Virus record (IMG/VR): IMGVR_UViG_3300032047_000003
Span: 47,568-111,567 of that record
Direction: 5' to 3' (one strand)
Origin: a virus
Length of the DNA stretch: 64,000 bases
Below the pieces are notes generated by a model. That model ran no database searches. It saw only the letters and a program-made list of their open reading frames with translations, and was not told the DNA's origin. This document shows positions 30,725-40,183 of this stretch, in pieces (positions within the stretch are counted from its first letter, which is position 1; every line of letters starts with the position of its first letter). The position numbers were made by a program, and so were the translations under genes.

Positions 30725-31396
30725 TTATCTCCTTCTACTGTCCAATTTCCTCGCTTGACCTTTGGTTAGGTTCGAGCTCTTTTTGCTATCGGCTATATTA
30801 TTATAAGCGTCCTCAACATCCATTGGGTTTTGATTCTTCATTATAGCAGCATTTTCTGCTGCAAAGTCAATTCCATGAGATGGTTTATTTTTCTTTTTAG
30901 GCTGCTTGCCCACTTTGCTTAAATCCAAAAGCTCATAGTCGCTTTGTTTTTTCTTTAAAACATTTTCAGAAATACTAAACTTTTCAATAAACTCTACTCT
31001 CGTCCAAGACTCTATATCTTCTAAAGAGTACATGGGGAAAGCTGTTACTATCACTGCTCTCATATACTCATGCAAAGTATCGGGCGGATTCTTTCTTCTA
31101 AAAGAACTTATATCTGAAATGATCGTTTTCGTATCGCAATCACCAGATAAAAAAAGTATAAGCTTACCCAAAGAAACAGTTATTCCAGCATGCAAGGATT
31201 CAGGCAGCAAGCCTGTGTTACCTACATAGCAGTACTTGAAAACTTGTTCTTCTAACTCGTTTGGAAGGAAAATCCCAGACGATCTTAGCGAAACAATCTT
31301 TCTGTACTCTTTTATAGATAAAAGCTTGTATCTAAACACTCCAATTCCAGGAATTTGAGTAGAATAAAGGTCTGTTTTGAGTAAGCTTTCTAACAC
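30725..31396 (-). CDS. Tail assembly chaperone-like protein 2
   Basis: 223 aa, GTG start. Resembles the upstream gene (FRYKLLSIKEYRKI...EEQVFKYC...AGITVSL...LSG); lies before the tape-measure-like gene. Confidence 0.55.
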   Translation of the reverse strand: MLESLLKTDLYSTQIPGIGVFRYKLLSIKEYRKIVSLRSSGIFLPNELEEQVFKYCYVGNTGLLPESLHAGITVSLGKLILFLSGDCDTKTIISDISSFRRKNPPDTLHEYMRAVIVTAFPMYSLEDIESWTRVEFIEKFSISENVLKKKQSDYELLDLSKVGKQPKKKNKPSHGIDFAAENAAIMKNQNPMDVEDAYNNIADSKKSSNLTKGQARKLDSRRR

Positions 31397-31400
31397 GGAA

Positions 31401-32150
31401 TTACAACTGTGTCGTCAATAGCATCAATTGTTGCGGAGATAAAAATCCAGATTGAATCATAATTGCTTCATACAAGCCGTCTACAACTCCTGCTCTAGAG
31501 TTATAAAAGAACTCAACAGGCAATGGCTTTGGCCACAAAACGCAATTCTGTACAACTTTTTCTTTCAACATGTTTTCAATGTTAATGTCTCCAGTCTCTT
31601 GCGCTTTTCTTACAATTTCTTGAATTTTCTGATGTTGTCCCCTAGTAAGGAATGAATAAATATACACGTCTGACTCACTAAAAGCCATAACGTAAACAGA
31701 GTTTCTTCCTCTTTGCTGCTTCCACAAGTTGATCTGAGCTTCGTTCGGTGCGTTTTTTAACTTCCCTAAAGCGCCCAAAATTTGATTTTTCATTGCGTCT
31801 TCATTGCTTTCCGGAGCTGTTGCTTCTTCTGTTGCAGAATTGACAGCTGCTTTTTTTTCTGCCAGCTTTCTCTCTAGCTCTTCTAATTCGTTTTCTAAAC
31901 TTTGCGATTCCATCATTTCCTCTCTTTGAATTACTTTCTTTTGTTTTGAATTTTTTCTTACGATCTTTCTAGCGCCAGTATCGCTTTTCATTTTCTTTTC
32001 ACTTGGTAACTTTTTGTTGCTTTCGTTTATCTCTTCATTGAAGTCTTCCAAGTGTTCAAGTATTTCGTCACCCGTAGGGGAAACGCTTTTTAAAGCATTC
32101 ATTTGCTTTTGATTTAAATCTGCACCAAGTTTAATTTTTTCTTGATTCAT
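31401..32150 (-). CDS. Tail assembly chaperone-like protein 1
   Basis: 249 aa with a charged coiled-coil N-terminus and the core YIYSFLTRGQHQKI...EKVVQNCVLWP...AGVVDGL...SGF; canonical position after the tube genes. Confidence 0.6.
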   Translation of the reverse strand: MNQEKIKLGADLNQKQMNALKSVSPTGDEILEHLEDFNEEINESNKKLPSEKKMKSDTGARKIVRKNSKQKKVIQREEMMESQSLENELEELERKLAEKKAAVNSATEEATAPESNEDAMKNQILGALGKLKNAPNEAQINLWKQQRGRNSVYVMAFSESDVYIYSFLTRGQHQKIQEIVRKAQETGDINIENMLKEKVVQNCVLWPKPLPVEFFYNSRAGVVDGLYEAIMIQSGFLSPQQLMLLTTQL

Positions 32151-32162
32151 TCATTCTCCTTA

Positions 32163-32951
32163 TCAATTAGATATAATGTCTTTTCCAAAAAAAGAAAATT
32201 CTTGCAAAAGTACATCTTCGTTTATTTGTATTGTTCCGCCAATTTGATTAATATAACAAGATACAATTTCCATATGATTTTTTGCTGCAACTGTATTTTG
32301 CTCTGGTCGATCGCCAAAATATATCTTAATGTTAAATGGACCGCTTAACAAAGCGTTAATTGTACTTCTATTAGCAATCCCTGATGGAATTTTAACTGGA
32401 TTTTCTTTTGATTGCAAACTAAAATCCTCTAAAAGATTTTGCCCTAAAGAAATTGCATCAAATTTATCATATGTATCACTATACATTATCCGCTCAACAT
32501 ATTCATAAAAAGCGTCATGTTTATTAGGCAAAAGACTTACTCCTCCTTCATTACAAAAATTTTGCCTAATATGTTTCATATGATATTGATAAGCGTTCAT
32601 ATAACCATCAAGGCCTTCGCTACTCGCAGAATAAGGGGAACTGTAACTTCCTATACTTTCTCCTGCTTTAAACTTAGTATACTCTTTTCCACTTCCAGCT
32701 TTAATTCTTTTAGAAAGAATGCTTTTTGCTACTGTGTTGAATTCCACAAAGTTTACTACAAATGTTCCTCTAACTATTTTTTGACCAGGCGCTACAGCAT
32801 CAAAAGTTCTAGAAGCATATCCGTAAATGGGTGTTGAGCTATCTTGAAGCTGATAAGATATACCAGCAACATCCAGTTGCTCCTTTTCGCTAAAAAAAAC
32901 GCTTACATTCGCTCCACAAAAATATTCATAGTTATATTGCTTTACTGACAT
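32163..32951 (-). CDS. Tail tube-like protein (tube initiator paralog)
   Basis: YFCGANVSV...ISYQLQDSSTPIYGY...GQKIVRGTFV and ...QEFSFFGKDI align by eye with the tube protein. Confidence 0.65.
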   Translation of the reverse strand: MSVKQYNYEYFCGANVSVFFSEKEQLDVAGISYQLQDSSTPIYGYASRTFDAVAPGQKIVRGTFVVNFVEFNTVAKSILSKRIKAGSGKEYTKFKAGESIGSYSSPYSASSEGLDGYMNAYQYHMKHIRQNFCNEGGVSLLPNKHDAFYEYVERIMYSDTYDKFDAISLGQNLLEDFSLQSKENPVKIPSGIANRSTINALLSGPFNIKIYFGDRPEQNTVAAKNHMEIVSCYINQIGGTIQINEDVLLQEFSFFGKDIISN

Positions 32952-32954
32952 TAA

Positions 32955-34169
32955 TTACTCCTTATTTTCTTTATCTATACTTGCGTTAGTAGTAAACCCT
33001 ATATTGTCGTAACCTTCATCTGTTTTTACCACTATGGAGTATTCTTCTGTATTCGTATCGTAAATCACATCCACATTTTGCTCATCTAAATCATTCCTAT
33101 TTTCAAGTTCTTTTAAAAATTCATATGTAGAGCTTTCAGGATCTGACAGTTTTCTTAAAATAGCATTTTGAATTCCATCAAATTGGTTGGCTATTCTATT
33201 GTACTTTGATAAAGGTTTTATATCTTGAGCAATAAACTGATATGATATTTCTGTTACCATGTCGTTTACAGAAGTAACTATACCTTCTGAGATGAACCTT
33301 ATCCCCTCTATGTAAACGCCGACAGTGTTAAAATCTCCATTTGAATTATTCAAACTTGCTTTCCCTAAATTGAATGTTTGATTATTCTTTGGTCGCGACC
33401 AATCTACTTTTTGTTTTTTAATGTAATCCTTTTTAAATTCTTTTTTATCGATAACAACAGAATTATCACCAACCTTTATCTGTTTGACAGCCGATTCTTC
33501 AACTTGACGGTTGCCTCCACTAGTCAATTGAGAACCAATATACCTATTATCTTGATCTAGTTTTAAAACCGATGAAATATAAGTATCGTGGGTGGCCAAA
33601 TTCATCGATGGATCCTTTCCATATTTAAACGATACTTCATTATAATCAGCTATACTGTTTGGATCGTAATACTCTGATACATATTCTAAAAATAAATTGA
33701 AAGTTGGTATTAATGGAGCTATTCTGTTTACCATCTCAAGATCATCATTAGTACCACCGGCATCTAGCATAGTTTTCAAATCACTAAAATACCCCATGCC
33801 AAAGCTGTTATTCATATCTCTTGACCATTTCACTTTTTGATTGTTATCGGAAGTCAATTTCAAAAGACCCTTTAGAGGATTATCGTCTATTACTGTAACT
33901 ACAATTGTTCCGGCAATTTCTCTTACCGAACTAGCGTATCCCCTTACGCCTCTAGAACCCAAAGCTCTTGCTCTTCCGACAGGCTCATACACCTGGACTG
34001 AAACCGTACTCAAAGATTCAACCATTTCAGTTTTAAAACCTGAGTCTGAATCGTTTTCTACTACCCACCAGCCCTTAACATCGCTTCCCGAGTAAGAGTA
34101 TTTCACATCTAAGCTCGTTTTAGCTCTGTTTTGATTACCATCTTTAATACTTTTTTTATAATTGGCCAT
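32955..34169 (-). CDS. Tail tube-like protein with an insertion (tube initiator paralog)
   Basis: YSYSGSDVK...LSTVSVQV...REIAGTIV and IEGIRFISEGIVTSVNDMVTEISYQFIAQDI. Start moved to ATG 34169 (GGAG RBS) because the track start lies inside a hairpin. Confidence 0.65.
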   Translation of the reverse strand: MANYKKSIKDGNQNRAKTSLDVKYSYSGSDVKGWWVVENDSDSGFKTEMVESLSTVSVQVYEPVGRARALGSRGVRGYASSVREIAGTIVVTVIDDNPLKGLLKLTSDNNQKVKWSRDMNNSFGMGYFSDLKTMLDAGGTNDDLEMVNRIAPLIPTFNLFLEYVSEYYDPNSIADYNEVSFKYGKDPSMNLATHDTYISSVLKLDQDNRYIGSQLTSGGNRQVEESAVKQIKVGDNSVVIDKKEFKKDYIKKQKVDWSRPKNNQTFNLGKASLNNSNGDFNTVGVYIEGIRFISEGIVTSVNDMVTEISYQFIAQDIKPLSKYNRIANQFDGIQNAILRKLSDPESSTYEFLKELENRNDLDEQNVDVIYDTNTEEYSIVVKTDEGYDNIGFTTNASIDKENKE

Positions 34170-34179
34170 TGCAGTCTCC

Positions 34180-34230
34180 AAAAAGAATATCCTTCTCCTG
34201 GATATTATAACATATGTCAAGAGAAGGATA
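34180..34230 (-). terminator. Intrinsic terminator/attenuator after the tail tube gene
   Basis: Minus-strand arms TATCCTTCTCTTG and CAGGAGAAGGATA (13 bp with one G-U pair), followed by TTCTTTTT. Confidence 0.65.
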
Positions 34231-34259
34231 AAATTGTTTTTTAAACTAGAAAGATACTA

Positions 34260-34922
34260 TTAGTAACTTCCAGGATCTGCACTGAACGATCCGCTGCCAG
34301 ACATATCCCAAGAACCCATCGGTTGCCACGGCAACAAGGTTCTACAAACGTAGGTCATTTGATTCTCTATGACGATATCGTCAATAGAGAAACCAGAACC
34401 CTCGTTAAGGATTTCACAGCCATAAATTCTCATTTGAGCCGCTTTTCCATATTCGTTTACTGCAATAATAGTAGTATCGAATGGAGGCAGTTGATCCACG
34501 TAGCTCGTTTTCTGAAGTGACCAGTCAGCGCTCAAAGCGCTTGCGTTTGCTGACTGACTAGGCTCGTTCAAGTCATTCAAGCCTACTCCCGAATCACTAA
34601 CTCTCAAAGAGTCCAAGTCGTCTGCTGTTGCAAAGATTTCTTCTGAATCCGCCAAATACTGCTTGCTAGCAAAAGGCTCCTCAAACAATAAATGCTTATC
34701 AAGCATTAAAGAAATCATAGTTCCAGCAATACCTCTTTTTCCTCTCGAAAAAGAAAGTGGATCTACTTTACCCATGACATAAATTGGAGCTTTTTCCCTT
34801 TGGACTGCATACGAAACCGCTTGCATTTGTCCAATTGGAGTGCCGCCAATAATTACTTTGATATCTACACCAGAAAAACTGGTGTAGGTTCTCGCTAAAT
34901 CTAATGATGATTGATTACTCAT
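34260..34922 (-). CDS. Major tail tube protein
   Basis: 220 aa right after the sheath. YTSFSGVDIKV, AVSYAVQREKAPIYVMG, RGKRGIAGTMI, IYGCEILNEGSGFSIDD; followed by a terminator. Confidence 0.8.
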   Translation of the reverse strand: MSNQSSLDLARTYTSFSGVDIKVIIGGTPIGQMQAVSYAVQREKAPIYVMGKVDPLSFSRGKRGIAGTMISLMLDKHLLFEEPFASKQYLADSEEIFATADDLDSLRVSDSGVGLNDLNEPSQSANASALSADWSLQKTSYVDQLPPFDTTIIAVNEYGKAAQMRIYGCEILNEGSGFSIDDIVIENQMTYVCRTLLPWQPMGSWDMSGSGSFSADPGSY

Positions 34923-34934
34923 TTTTTACTTCTC

Positions 34935-37829
34935 CTATTGTAAATTAGATTCGTCTGCAATGAGACTTGTTATTATGTTGATGCTTTCAATTGCATACGG
35001 AGGCACCATTGTCAATCTTATTGTAATATTGCCCAACATTCTATCTTCTCTACTAAAGGCAATTTGAGCAACAGCTCCATTGTGAATCCCTGCAGTTTGT
35101 TCAGAACGCAAATATCCGTTTATTGCGGTTCTAAGAGAAGCCACATTAGCGGAGTTGTAAGCAAGACCTATGTAGTCTTGTGCCAGATTTCTAACACCTT
35201 GAACTACTCTGTTAACGGCTCTAATAGTAGACACTTTTCTGTAATCAGAGTATCTATGAGCCAAAGTTCTCATATTGTTTAAGTAAACCCCTCTCACTGG
35301 ATTGTAAACCACAGTAGTGTAACCGGCTTGAGCCAATTTACCAATACTTCTAGCCTGAATAGTGCTTGCAAAAGTAGCTCTAACTCCAGATACAGATCCA
35401 TTAACAGGACCAATCGGTTCATTTCCAATTGGAGTGATTCCAATCATACCGGTAACTACACCAGTCAAATCTCCGTAGTACTGATCGAATGCATTGCTGT
35501 GAGTCACCCACATAGCGGTTGGAACAATATATTTTCCAATGTCAACTCCAAAACCTTTTACATCAGTTGCTTCGTCGCTATCATCAATGCCGTAGGGCTC
35601 TATTCCTGAAGGAAGGTTGTCCCCTTTAGTAAGAATAAGTCCACCGTAAGCATAACCGTCAGAAGAACTCGCAATGGAACCTAACACTTGAGCGCGGTAG
35701 GCAGGAGCTCCTGCAGAAAACTTATAGCCAAGGATACCTTTACCACCTTCGGAAGCGGTATCAATTGCTAGTTTACCCGCAATAGAAGTGTATGTTGGAA
35801 TTTTTCCAATTGTAACAGCAGCATTAGGAGTAGCCGGCCCTTCAAAAGTCATACATGTCATAATAGTCTTCCATGTTGAAGAAGATTTATGGCACCAGCT
35901 TCCCATCAAGTGAGCAAAAGAACACTCTCTGAATTCTCCAGGAAGACCAGCTTCAAATAGAGCTGTAACTTCAGTTGGAATTTCCTCCCCAGTTAATTCT
36001 TCGTGATCAAGATAATTGTTAGTATAGTCCAGTTCGGCTTCAACAGGGAAGGCGCCTTGCAAAACTCCATCTATTTTTGCAACTGCCAATGAAGAATCAG
36101 CAGAAGCTGGAGTACCCGTACTAACAGCATTACTCAAAGTAAATGCACCCGTATCGCCAGTAATAGTAGGAGTACCAAATAGTGTATTCAACCCTGAGAG
36201 ATTTGTAGCAGCATCAAAAGTAATTGTTAATACTTGTCCATCAGAAGTAGTTGATTCTACAAGTGAATCTCCAGCACCGGCAACAATATGAACTTCATAT
36301 GGATCCAAAGTTCTGTCGAACTCAATATCAATAGACTCTGAAGCACTACCATTCAAAGTAGTTTGACCAAGCTGAGCAGAACCAGTAATGGCTTCTAGTA
36401 AGTGTGCAGAGTTTGCTGCGTGACTTACAGATATAGTTCCAGTAGTAATACCAGTCGCTGTTCGCACTCTTGCTTCCAGAAGGTTTTCCACGTAGTTTAT
36501 AACATCGCCTAATGTAGCACCAAGTTCACCAATTTCAATACTGATTGCATTAGCAACATAAGTTGGAGCATTTGCATCTAGAACAGAAACGGGATCTGCT
36601 GTTGTTGCAATCGATGTAGCACCACCATCTTTCCATTCAGGCCCTAAGGTTAAATCAAAGGTTGTAGTACCAGAAGCATGAGTAACACTAAAAGAAACAA
36701 CTTGATCTGGAACTTCTACCGTAAAAGTCTGGGTCATTGCATCAAACAAATCCCAGCCTTTTTTCGAAGACATGTAGTAATATTTTTCACCTTCGAATTC
36801 CGTTTGCCACAACCATCCAAGAACATTATTAGAATCAATGCTTAGGTCAGCAGAAGGCTTGGAGGGTCCGGTTCCAATTGGAAGTGAAGAAAAATCTACA
36901 GAAGAGTGAACTGGTTGCGCTCCTTGAAGTTCATGGTGCACGATCAATCCGCCTGAAACACTGTCAGCAATATTCGGTGAATCAAGGTGATACCCTCCAC
37001 AAGGGAGAATATAGTCAAATTCCTTAAACGTTAAAGACTCTAAAGCTCTATCCATAAAAACGTATTTCTGAACAAGGGGAATGGTTTGCCCATCGTTACC
37101 CTGTCTTTTAATAGTGGCTATAAAAGTGTCAGTGCTTTGTGTGTCGCTCCAAATGTAATGCTTTGCAAAATCAGCGATAGCATAATCCGAAGTTATACTA
37201 CTACTTGGTTCATAGCCTGATTCATCTACATCTAATAAGGGAAGAATTTCTCCTGGATGGAATACACCATCTGAACCAATTCCATGAACAAGCGGGTTCC
37301 CGCTCGAATCTGCAAAATCTCCAGTTTGTTCCACGAGAAAAGGTTTTTCTGCAATTTGAAGAATGGAATGACTATCCCAAACATATCCTTCTTCCTCGAT
37401 GTCATAGACGATTACTCTTTGTTCGTCCACGCCGTTAACAGTATGAGAAGTCAAAAGAACTTTAAGTCTAGCAGAAGCTTCTCTGTCACTATAATGAAGT
37501 GGGGTCAAAGTAATGGTTCCACCGGCAGAACTTTCTAATTCAATTTTTGGTGCAATCCCACCAATTCTCATAACATAAATGTAATAAGCTTCTGTTCCAG
37601 CTTGCGCTATAATTTCAGCTACTTTTTTCTGCATTTCAGTGTCTTGCCCGTACAGTCTTTTTACGTCTCCATCTTCAACAACAAGTTGAGGAAAATTAGT
37701 AGGACCTTCAGAAGCAGGCCCAACAATTAGAATTGTAGGTCTTGAACCGGTAGCAGCTAGGCTCAGGCCTCCGTCATTTAATTCTGAACGAACTAAACTT
37801 AAGCCTGAATAAAAACTAGGTTGTGACAT
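34935..37829 (-). CDS. Contractile tail sheath protein with a large insertion
   Basis: 964 aa. N-terminal ILIVGPASEGPTNFP and C-terminal YRKVSTIRAVNRVV...YIG...LRTAINGYL...IRLTMVPPYAIESINI are sheath-like. Confidence 0.85.
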   Translation of the reverse strand: MSQPSFYSGLSLVRSELNDGGLSLAATGSRPTILIVGPASEGPTNFPQLVVEDGDVKRLYGQDTEMQKKVAEIIAQAGTEAYYIYVMRIGGIAPKIELESSAGGTITLTPLHYSDREASARLKVLLTSHTVNGVDEQRVIVYDIEEEGYVWDSHSILQIAEKPFLVEQTGDFADSSGNPLVHGIGSDGVFHPGEILPLLDVDESGYEPSSSITSDYAIADFAKHYIWSDTQSTDTFIATIKRQGNDGQTIPLVQKYVFMDRALESLTFKEFDYILPCGGYHLDSPNIADSVSGGLIVHHELQGAQPVHSSVDFSSLPIGTGPSKPSADLSIDSNNVLGWLWQTEFEGEKYYYMSSKKGWDLFDAMTQTFTVEVPDQVVSFSVTHASGTTTFDLTLGPEWKDGGATSIATTADPVSVLDANAPTYVANAISIEIGELGATLGDVINYVENLLEARVRTATGITTGTISVSHAANSAHLLEAITGSAQLGQTTLNGSASESIDIEFDRTLDPYEVHIVAGAGDSLVESTTSDGQVLTITFDAATNLSGLNTLFGTPTITGDTGAFTLSNAVSTGTPASADSSLAVAKIDGVLQGAFPVEAELDYTNNYLDHEELTGEEIPTEVTALFEAGLPGEFRECSFAHLMGSWCHKSSSTWKTIMTCMTFEGPATPNAAVTIGKIPTYTSIAGKLAIDTASEGGKGILGYKFSAGAPAYRAQVLGSIASSSDGYAYGGLILTKGDNLPSGIEPYGIDDSDEATDVKGFGVDIGKYIVPTAMWVTHSNAFDQYYGDLTGVVTGMIGITPIGNEPIGPVNGSVSGVRATFASTIQARSIGKLAQAGYTTVVYNPVRGVYLNNMRTLAHRYSDYRKVSTIRAVNRVVQGVRNLAQDYIGLAYNSANVASLRTAINGYLRSEQTAGIHNGAVAQIAFSREDRMLGNITIRLTMVPPYAIESINIITSLIADESNLQ

Positions 37830-37838
37830 TTTAATCTC

Positions 37839-38579
37839 CTATTTATTAATAATATCTGTTTGTATATTTTGTATAATTGGGTTTGATTTAACTTCAAACT
37901 CTCTAAATCTAACAAAAAAATTCAAAGGTCGATAGAAAAGTCTTTGACCTGCGCTCATCATATACGTATCAGCGCCTCTATCTAGCCAATGAAATCTTTC
38001 TATCCCTTGGGTTTCAAATACCCAGGAATGGTTAATGAATAACTTTTCTAACCACAAAGCCCTCTTGTTGCATTCTTTATTTGTTTTGGCCCAACAAGTA
38101 AATTCAATTCTATGGTCTACTGGTCTTGACTCAACTAAAATGTTTCTATTCGGAGCATGTGGCGAATTGTAATCGTAGTAATAAGTTGACTTTCTGTGCG
38201 GCCTACCAGATGCTTTTATATTCATATTGGCAGGTTCACGCTTAATTAGTCTGAAGCAAATTATTTCGCTTCCAACTTTGTCGAATCTTTCCGGAGGGTA
38301 TTCCTCCGTAAGGATAACTCTATCTTCTGAATCTACACCTGATTTTTCCTGAGCATGATCTATAAGCTCACAAGCTAATCTGTAAAATCTATCTAAAGTC
38401 ATATTAGTTGAATTAGGCAAAAATCGATTTACATCAAACTCATAAGGATTGTCTATCTTTACAGATATTTCCTCTTGGTAAGAAACTTGATCTTCATTCA
38501 TGACGACAATGTTGTAATTAGATTTTTCAAAAATTGAATTATCTAATTTGTCGAATAACTTGCTAAATTCTTTTTTCAT
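37839..38579 (-). CDS. Putative tail terminator/completion protein
   Basis: 246 aa directly upstream of the sheath; IEFTCWAKTNKECNKRALWLE pattern. Confidence 0.55.
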   Translation of the reverse strand: MKKEFSKLFDKLDNSIFEKSNYNIVVMNEDQVSYQEEISVKIDNPYEFDVNRFLPNSTNMTLDRFYRLACELIDHAQEKSGVDSEDRVILTEEYPPERFDKVGSEIICFRLIKREPANMNIKASGRPHRKSTYYYDYNSPHAPNRNILVESRPVDHRIEFTCWAKTNKECNKRALWLEKLFINHSWVFETQGIERFHWLDRGADTYMMSAGQRLFYRPLNFFVRFREFEVKSNPIIQNIQTDIINK

Positions 38580-38581
38580 AT

Positions 38582-39157
38582 CTAATAATCGTTCCTAATG
38601 GCATCTTGCTCTTTGCAGTAAACTGATATAAATTCAATTCTCCCAAAATCAGATCTGTTTTCTGAAATTGTTTCAGGTCTATATATACTTTCTATAACAT
38701 ATGGTACTATTGGTTCGCCTTCATAATCAAGTTTTACTTCAATAATTTTATCACAATACTTTATACTTTCTAAATGTTCAAAATAAAAAACTTTATAATC
38801 CGTTCTTATTTCCCCTAACTTCAGCATTCTCGTCCTATTAGCAAGTCCACCATCGGCACCTATATAACTTGAGTAAGTTTCTTTCCATGCCTCATCCCAA
38901 AAATACCCTTCTCCAGAGCAAAAGTTGCATTCTTTGCTTGGTTCTAAGGTGACTTCCGACAAGCAAGTGCAAGGTATCCTTTTATTAGAATCATCTAATC
39001 TAAATATTCTAAGAAGTACTTTCTTTGCGTGAGGTAAAGTTGTTCCGTCACCAAACAAAAGAGACTGAAAGTTAGACCTTAAGTCTATCTCTTTCTGCCC
39101 TGGTGACTTTACAGAACTGTTTTTTTTAGGGTAAAGATTTCGTTTAAAAGACTTCAT
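38582..39157 (-). CDS. Putative head closure/neck protein with Cys motifs
   Basis: 191 aa with CTC...CNFCSGEGY; neck-gene position. Confidence 0.55.
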   Translation of the reverse strand: MKSFKRNLYPKKNSSVKSPGQKEIDLRSNFQSLLFGDGTTLPHAKKVLLRIFRLDDSNKRIPCTCLSEVTLEPSKECNFCSGEGYFWDEAWKETYSSYIGADGGLANRTRMLKLGEIRTDYKVFYFEHLESIKYCDKIIEVKLDYEGEPIVPYVIESIYRPETISENRSDFGRIEFISVYCKEQDAIRNDY

Positions 39158-40182
39158 TAATCTGGCTCCTTAATTCTTTTGCCGAATTCATCGACAATAA
39201 AATCTACAAAACCTTTTTTTGCTTTTATTTCGCCTTTAGCTACAGAGGAAAAATTTCCAGCTGGTTGCTTGTAGGGATATTTATAAGAAGAGTGCCAATT
39301 CCTTCCAATGAGTCCTCGGTTTGGATCCTTTATGCCTTTGACTGCATAAGTAGGGCTTAATCCCTGTCCAGGAACAATTCCTCCGCCAGCGTTTACAACC
39401 CTATACCACTCTTCTCTTATCTTTTTCAATTCCGGTATAACATCTTTAAAAGATGATTCGTTCTGAATCATCAGATCACCCAACTTTTTTGTTTTTCCTG
39501 CCAGGTTTACAGGCAGCATCAACGCTCTTAAAACCGTATCGTAAATTACGAATTTGGTTCTTGCCAGATTGTACATTTCTCTACTTCTTACTTTTGCTCC
39601 AGTTATTGCATTTGCTTCCATTGAAGCCCAATGTATAAACAAGCTTAAGGTGTCGTCGGGAATAGGGTCTAGCATTTGTCCAACTTCAAGTCTTACTAAA
39701 TCCGGAGAAGCGTAATAAGGGCTATACTTTGTACTGAAAGAAAGCTGATATTCTTCTCCTAAAGTGTTTCCTGAAGTATCGGCAATATCAGGAGAAAGAA
39801 GAATTACAACTAAAGTGTTTTTACCAATTACTTGAAGTTCTATTTTATTTTTTCTTTTAATATTAAAAGAAAAATAAGCATAACTTTTTATACCGTTTAT
39901 TTCTACGACCCATAGGTCGTTCCAGGTTCCAGCATCTACATCTGGAACAAGATAGCTTGCTTCATAAAAACCCTCACCGACCTTTTCTATAGAAGTAAGG
40001 GAATCATAAGCTTCACTATAGTCATCCTCGTCTACAATGGTCTCAAAGTCTTTGGAGGGCACCTCGCTGTAAATGTAAACTGTACCTTTGTCTATTGAAA
40101 CAGGCAGTCCTGAAGGATCACTAAACATCGCTCTTAAAGTTACATATTGTCCAACAGGAGCAGTTTTTCTAGAATAAGACAT
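39157..40182 (-). CDS. Putative head-tail adaptor with a beta-rich N-terminal domain
   Basis: 341 aa. The C-terminal half YYASPDLVRL...KTKKLGDLMI is adaptor-like; position after the capsid genes. Confidence 0.55.
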   Translation of the reverse strand: MSYSRKTAPVGQYVTLRAMFSDPSGLPVSIDKGTVYIYSEVPSKDFETIVDEDDYSEAYDSLTSIEKVGEGFYEASYLVPDVDAGTWNDLWVVEINGIKSYAYFSFNIKRKNKIELQVIGKNTLVVILLSPDIADTSGNTLGEEYQLSFSTKYSPYYASPDLVRLEVGQMLDPIPDDTLSLFIHWASMEANAITGAKVRSREMYNLARTKFVIYDTVLRALMLPVNLAGKTKKLGDLMIQNESSFKDVIPELKKIREEWYRVVNAGGGIVPGQGLSPTYAVKGIKDPNRGLIGRNWHSSYKYPYKQPAGNFSSVAKGEIKAKKGFVDFIVDEFGKRIKEPD

Positions 40183-40183
40183 A

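Noticed and set aside
31380-31440. Programmed -1 frameshift between the chaperone genes
   Set aside because: No clear XXXYYYZ slippery heptamer just before the stop, and the second gene looks like a complete paralog with its own start.
34204-34220. Canonical -35/-10 promoter from TTGACA and TATAAT
   Set aside because: The spacer is only 5 nt. It is kept only as a possible extended -10 element.
5580-38579. Extracellular contractile injection system or tailocin
   Set aside because: Terminase, portal, protease and major capsid genes are in the same operon, so this is a complete phage morphogenesis module.
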